Of a DNA stretch of 32,000 nt, positions 27,757-32,000 are shown piece by piece (the stretch's first letter is position 1; each line of letters starts with the position of its first letter). This stretch comes from Planctopirus limnophila DSM 3776 (GTDB lineage: Bacteria; Planctomycetota; Planctomycetia; Planctomycetales; Planctomycetaceae): NCBI RefSeq assembly GCF_000092105.1, contig NC_014148.1:3840001-3872000 (forward strand), in the 5' to 3' direction. The notes beneath the pieces are model-generated. The model saw only the letters and a program-made list of their open reading frames with translations, did no database searches and was not told the DNA's origin. The translations under genes were made by a program, and so were the position numbers.

Positions 27757-27789
27757 CTGGGGTCAAACGTCCTCGTTTGCCCCCAGTTC
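27757..27789. repeat. 33-bp REP-like hairpin element, copy 2 (inverted relative to copy 1)
   Basis: CTGGGGTCAAACGTCCTCGTTTGCCCCCAGTTC is the exact reverse complement of 15716-15748. Confidence 0.8.
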
Positions 27790-27844
27790 ATGAAACTCGC
27801 CTTATCAAAGGCGCTCACACTCTGGTGCTCTGATGCTCTGGTGC

Positions 27845-27876
27845 CATGCTTGCAGCTCTGGGCAAGCATGTTTTTG
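27845..27876 (+). terminator. rho-independent-type terminator downstream of the RM gene
   Basis: 9-bp stem CATGCTTGC (27845-27853) / GCAAGCATG (27862-27870) followed by TTTTTG. Confidence 0.6.
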
Positions 27877-28091
27877 CGATCTTCAATGTGCGATTCCTAT
27901 TGCGGGCGGGTCGGCACCTGAAGTTGGTGCATTCCGAAGACTCCATGCACCCTACGAAATTCCTTCGCGCTCTTCGCGACTTCGCGAGAGCCACAGCCTC
28001 ATGTCGGATCAAGAAAAATTGACTTATTGAGGACGAATAATGATATGCTATGAGTATCAAACTGTTTCATCTCTACAAGGAGATTTCATCC

Positions 28092-28328
28092 ATGCAGCAG
28101 GCGTTTGAAGCGATTTACGAGAATGGCACGTTCCGGCCACTCCCTGGTGGAAATCTCACCATTTCTGAAGGGAGCCGGGTGCGGCTTACTGTGGAGAATG
28201 AACCCGAACCCAAGGCCCTGGAACTGGCTTTAAACGTCTTCGCAGACTTCACAGAATCAGAAATCAAGGAAATCGAAGAGATCGCTTTGAAACGCGATCA
28301 CTTTTTCGGCTCAAGGAACCCATCCTGA
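28092..28328 (+). CDS. DUF104/AF2212-type antitoxin (VapB functional analogue)
   Basis: MQQAFEAIYENGTFRPLPGGNLTISEGSRVRLTVE matches the 'AIYENGVFKPL...EG..V' signature of this antitoxin family. An AAGGAG Shine-Dalgarno (28077-28082) precedes the ATG at 28092. The stop TGA overlaps the ATG of the PIN gene by 1 nt. Confidence 0.8.
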   Translation: MQQAFEAIYENGTFRPLPGGNLTISEGSRVRLTVENEPEPKALELALNVFADFTESEIKEIEEIALKRDHFFGSRNPS

Positions 28329-28741
28329 TGCATCCACGAACACTACTCGACACGGACGTGCTTTCGGGCTTGATGAAGAGAAATCAGACAGCATTAAACC
28401 GGGCGAGAAAGTATCTCAGCATTCATCAGTCATTCACGATTTCCCTGATGACGCGATTTGAGTTAATGCGTGGTTTGCAGGTCAAACAGGCATCAGCACA
28501 ACTCGCCGCATTTGCAGTGTTCTGTAATAACAATGTGGTACTTCCGCTCAATGACAACGTGATTGTGAGAGCTGCCGAAATCTATGCTGATCTTTACCGT
28601 CGCGGAGCACTGATCCCAGACGCCGATATTCTCATTGCAGCGACTGCGATCGAAAATGATCTCGTGCTCGCAACGAACAACGTCGATGATTTCGCCCGCA
28701 TCGCCGATCTCCAAATCGACAACTGGTTAACATCCTCTTGA
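28328..28741 (+). CDS. vapC: PIN-domain ribonuclease toxin VapC
   Basis: LLDTDVLSGL (first acidic residue), TRFELMRG, DADILIAATAIENDLVLATNNVDDF (conserved PIN acidic residues). Translationally coupled to the upstream antitoxin. Confidence 0.88.
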   Translation: MHPRTLLDTDVLSGLMKRNQTALNRARKYLSIHQSFTISLMTRFELMRGLQVKQASAQLAAFAVFCNNNVVLPLNDNVIVRAAEIYADLYRRGALIPDADILIAATAIENDLVLATNNVDDFARIADLQIDNWLTSS

Positions 28742-28761
28742 TATGATCAATCATTCATTAA

Positions 28762-29871
28762 TCAGAGTTGATCGATAGAACTCTTCAATACTCTGGAAGC
28801 ATTCGGAACCAGCGGCGATTTGAGCCCTTGACCTAATTGCTGCAGCACGTCGTCAACCTTTCGAGGTTCACACGCCTGTTCGAGCTGATCCAGAAACTGG
28901 CTTTCCCCATTCAGGCCCAATTCAAAGCCGGGGGAAAGGGCCTGGCGGTCGCCGTAGCGTAGTGAGAAAGTGCAGGTGGCCAGATCAGGTCGCTGGACAG
29001 GAAACGCGAGGAGCAGGCGCGGCCCGCGCAACGAGATAGACTCGGGCCGAAAGGCAGCCTCATCCAACTCGGGCGGGATGCTTCCCAGCAAGAGGCGGTG
29101 CTGATTGATGTTGGAAACCACGAACGACACATCCACAGCCGCTGGCTTGCCCGCTGTGGATGGCTGGCCGGCAGTTGAGGGCTGGCCGGGCCGGGCCACT
29201 CGCGTGCGGAGAATGCAATCCCAGGGTGAAACTCCCGCTTCCGGCACAGCTCGCTCGACCTCGACAGGAATTTCTACCCCCACACCGGTCGCTGACTCGG
29301 CAGCAGGAAAACTCCACTCCACGGCCCCCACGGGAAGGTTGCGCGTCTCGATCAAGACCATCCATACCCGCCAAGCCTCATCCCACTGGTCAGAAACCTG
29401 ATGGGGCTCGTAACGCCTTTGAACTTCGAAGGATCCGCTCTCTTTGACTAATGCAGCCACTGCGGATCGTGGCAGATTCCGCACAATCCAGCCAGCTTCA
29501 GCCGCGATCGAGGGGACGATGAATGGCTCTTTTTTTGCGGGATCTTCGACTTCCACGCGCAGATCGCGCAGGTCACTCCGGCAGGCGGAAAGCATCTCGG
29601 GGTCTAGCTCGACCAGCAGCCACACAGGGGAATCGAGTGAGGCATCGGCCGGACGTGCTGCCGCAGAATCGTCTTGCAAACTTTGTACGGCAGACTGCAC
29701 ATCGAGGGGAATTTTTTGAAGTTTAGCGAGGGACTTCGCACCGGTCGCTGACGCCGGCCCCGCCATGGGAGTCACTGATGTCTCACACCCGGACATCAGG
29801 CTCAATACCAGACAACACCACAGGATGCAGTGACGACGCAGAGTTTGATCAGAGAGACAGCAGGAAAACAT
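28762..29871 (-). CDS. hypothetical lipoprotein-like secreted protein
   Basis: N-terminal CILWCCLVLSLMSGCETS is lipobox-like. There is an internal short tandem peptide repeat GQPSTAGQPSTAGKPAA. No recognisable family. Confidence 0.6.
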   Translation of the reverse strand: MFSCCLSDQTLRRHCILWCCLVLSLMSGCETSVTPMAGPASATGAKSLAKLQKIPLDVQSAVQSLQDDSAAARPADASLDSPVWLLVELDPEMLSACRSDLRDLRVEVEDPAKKEPFIVPSIAAEAGWIVRNLPRSAVAALVKESGSFEVQRRYEPHQVSDQWDEAWRVWMVLIETRNLPVGAVEWSFPAAESATGVGVEIPVEVERAVPEAGVSPWDCILRTRVARPGQPSTAGQPSTAGKPAAVDVSFVVSNINQHRLLLGSIPPELDEAAFRPESISLRGPRLLLAFPVQRPDLATCTFSLRYGDRQALSPGFELGLNGESQFLDQLEQACEPRKVDDVLQQLGQGLKSPLVPNASRVLKSSIDQL

Positions 29872-30411
29872 GATGTGCGGGCCACCTCGAAAGGAACTCT
29901 GCGGGCAACGTTTTTCAGCCTGAGCCAGTTTGTCGGCGACACGCCATGAGAATCAAAGCAATCACAGTTTCCGACACAAAAACTCAGAAAACTTCCTGGT
30001 AGATGAGAGCCGGGCCATGAAGGATTTGTGTGCAGGAAGTGAAGAGTTTGCAAAGTTGGGCTTGTCGCCAACCCGGATGCAGAGATAATTGAATTGTGTG
30101 GACAGCCTTAGAATGCCTCCTCGACATACCTCCGTGAATCGATTGCGTGTCTGTTCTGGTACCCCTGGTTCTGGCAAATTCATGGTTCTGGAAAGTGTGA
30201 TTCGATTTCTCAGAATTTCTTTTGACGCGTGTTGTCGATCTCATGTTAGCATGAGGTGAAGTGATGTTGTCGATCACTGGAAGATGCCGCGAGGCTGACG
30301 TTCCTCGCATGTCGACTGTAAATATTCCCCAACGATGATCAACGCCATTCTGGGTTCTATGAGTCCAGAGTGCTGATGCAAAATTTGTTGTCGCAATTGG
30401 TGATGTGATTG

Positions 30412-30427
30412 GCAGTGAATTCACTGC
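30412..30427. promoter_or_regulatory. perfect 16-bp palindrome (possible dimeric regulator site)
   Basis: GCAGTGAATTCACTGC equals its own reverse complement. It lies in the roughly 1-kb non-coding region, about 435 nt upstream of the prkA ATG. Confidence 0.3.
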
Positions 30428-30861
30428 AATCGATGATTCGGGGGCTCTGAAAGCTCCTTTTGCTACAGCGTGTCAGACTCTCGCCAGTATTGACTCGAGA
30501 TGGGACTTCTCAGCCTGCCTTGCAAACTTTCGTCGATCGCTCTTTCCCACATCGAAACCATTGACGAACTCTCACCATAGCTTTGGCCCATAGCTATGAC
30601 TAAGTGAAGTTCATGTGCAGTTCTCCCTCTTCACCAAGGCTAGTCACAGCCTGCGCGACAGGAATGGAACTGCCATTTCATGAACCTCCCTGATGTTCAT
30701 GATGTCAGTGGCTGGCTGGTTGAACAGACCGGCAGCTCACGAACATGCAGGCACCTCGGAGATCTCATATCACAAACTTTTCATCGCTAAGAACCACAGA
30801 CTTAACGACTGATATTGCAGAATTTCAGTTTCGCCGAACGGATTCGAATTAGGAGTGAAAC

Positions 30862-32000
30862 ATGACGACAGGACAAGATCTGCTGGAAAAGTTCTCTGCC
30901 CGCCAGAATGCCGATACCTTCTGGCAGGAACACTGGCAGGGGACATTCGCCGAATATCTGGATATCGTTCGCGAAAATCCCGGTGTCGTGCGGACGGCTC
31001 ATCAGCGGATGTACGACATGATCACTTCCTATGGTGATTATTCTGTCGATGAAGGCCGCCGGGGTGGCCTGAAACGCTATGCATTTTTTGATGATCCCGA
31101 CAACGGGGGGCGCGATGCGATTTTCGGCCTCACCGAAGAACTGGCACAACTCGTCTCTGTCTTTCGCAGTGCGGCTCTCAAATACGGCAGCGAACGCCGG
31201 GTCTTGCTATTGCACGGCCCAGTGGGGAGTTCGAAATCGACCATTGCCCGACTGCTGAAAAAAGGGATTGAGCGCTATTCCCTCCAACCCGAAGGAGCAC
31301 TCTACACTTTTGGATGGAAGGAAAAGGATGGCAGCATTACCTGGGATCCGATGAATGGCGACCCCTTGCAATTGATCCCCCATGCTTATCGCCAGGAATT
31401 GTGCGATCAACTGAATGAGGAAGTTCAGAACGCGACTTATCCCATCGAGATCAAAGGGGATGTCTGCCCTCTTTCTCGATTCTACTTCCGTGAGCGTCTC
31501 GCTGAAGAAAATGGTGACTGGACGAAAGTTCTGGAATCGATTGTCGTCAGGCGATTCTTTCTATCAGAAGCCGATCGGATCGGGATTGGTACTTTCCAGC
31601 CCAAAGACGAGAAAAATCAGGACTCAACAGAGCTGACTGGCGACATTAACTATCGCAAAATCGCCGAGTATGGCAGTGAATCTGACCCGCGCGCGTTCAA
31701 CTTTGATGGTGAGTTTAACGTCGCCAATCGCGGGATGATCGAATTTATCGAAGTCCTCAAACTCGATGTCGCCTTCCTTTACGATCTGCTGGGGGCCTCA
31801 CAAGAACATAAAATTAAGCCCAAGAAGTTTGCCCAGACCGATATTGATACGGTGATTATTGGCCATACAAACGAACCGGAATATCGCAAGCTGCAGTCCA
31901 ACGAATTCATGGAAGCGCTCCGTGATCGTACGGTCAAGATTGATATTCCCTACGTCACCAAGTTGAGCCAGGAACTTTCGATCTACGAAAAGGACTACAA
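30862..32000 (+). CDS. prkA: PrkA/YeaG-family serine protein kinase, N-terminal portion (3' end outside the window)
   Basis: This gene is not in the supplied ORF track because it has no stop inside the window. Hand translation from ATG 30862 (AGGAG Shine-Dalgarno at 30851-30855) gives [15 protein letters not shown]...[17 protein letters not shown]...[57 protein letters not shown]...IGHTNEPEY...[21 protein letters not shown]. It is colinear with E. coli YeaG (LLGPVGGGKS, ...GDENNQD..., ANQGIMEFVEMFK, ...AHSNESE..., IKIYEK). Confidence 0.9.
   Translation, partial: MTTGQDLLEKFSARQNADTFWQEHWQGTFAEYLDIVRENPGVVRTAHQRMYDMITSYGDYSVDEGRRGGLKRYAFFDDPDNGGRDAIFGLTEELAQLVSVFRSAALKYGSERRVLLLHGPVGSSKSTIARLLKKGIERYSLQPEGALYTFGWKEKDGSITWDPMNGDPLQLIPHAYRQELCDQLNEEVQNATYPIEIKGDVCPLSRFYFRERLAEENGDWTKVLESIVVRRFFLSEADRIGIGTFQPKDEKNQDSTELTGDINYRKIAEYGSESDPRAFNFDGEFNVANRGMIEFIEVLKLDVAFLYDLLGASQEHKIKPKKFAQTDIDTVIIGHTNEPEYRKLQSNEFMEALRDRTVKIDIPYVTKLSQELSIYEKDY

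Larger units (their letters stand above)
27702..27990. repeat. roughly 290-bp intergenic element bounded by imperfect inverted repeats built from CTTCGCG units
   Basis: The left arm is GTCTCGCGCGAAGGCGCGAAGGATTCC (27702-27728). The right arm is GAAATTCCTTCGCGCTCTTCGCGACTTCGCGAGAG (27956-27990). The reverse complement of the left arm aligns to the right arm, with one extra CTTCGCG unit on the right. Confidence 0.45.

Noticed and set aside
15716-27789. The two inverted 33-bp copies as ends of a 12-kb composite transposon or invertible segment
   Set aside because: The enclosed DNA contains housekeeping genes (Fe-S protein, ketopantoate reductase family) and no transposase or recombinase. The element is itself a hairpin, so orientation means little. 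A dispersed REP-like family is the simpler explanation.
29984-30424. 146-aa minus-strand ORF (and the 62-aa ORF 30405..30593 +) in the prkA upstream region
   Set aside because: The composition is biased (His/Ser/Thr/Arg-rich). There is no ribosome-binding site and no motif. The codon usage is unlike neighbouring genes.
30170-30430. Sigma-54 (TGGCAC-N5-TTGC) promoter upstream of prkA at TGGCAA (about 30172) or TGGCAG (about 30411)
   Set aside because: In both cases the -12 element is missing at the required spacing. The second candidate is better explained as part of the 16-bp palindrome.

Overview
The window looks like a chromosomal segment from a Planctomycetota-like bacterium. That assignment is inferred from gene content only: a PmoA/DUF6807-family protein, a LamG-metallophosphoesterase fusion, an MJ0042-type zinc-ribbon membrane protein and a giant beta-helix surface protein. 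I support 23 protein-coding genes, several hairpin terminators and a few short repeats. I found no rRNA, tRNA, CRISPR array or transposase. About two thirds of the window is ordinary housekeeping or envelope content: U32 peptidase, ComEA-like protein, HIT protein, Zn-alcohol dehydrogenase, IscA/ErpA-type Fe-S protein, ketopantoate-reductase family protein, and PrkA kinase at the 3' edge. The PrkA gene is open-ended and is missing from the supplied ORF track. Positions 18.7-28.8 kb look accessory and compositionally patchy. They hold (i) an uncharacterised two-gene cassette: a zinc-ribbon, single-TM, large AT-rich ectodomain protein plus a P-loop NTPase with a TM hairpin between Walker A and Walker B (KAP-like topology); (ii) an orphan Sfp-type phosphopantetheinyl transferase; (iii) a solitary 1173-aa MmeI-like (Type IIL/IIG) restriction-modification fusion whose specificity region has clearly different codon usage from its flanks; and (iv) a DUF104-type antitoxin with a PIN (VapC) toxin. 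The NTPase cassette is my best candidate for an undescribed system, but I cannot establish novelty or function without database searches. Other points worth a second look are a TrhO-RluA RNA-modification fusion, tandem paralogous 4-TM proteins, an inverse-autotransporter barrel fused to a beta-helix passenger, an exact 33-bp hairpin element present twice in opposite orientation, and two long non-coding stretches (15.3-15.9 kb and 29.9-30.9 kb).
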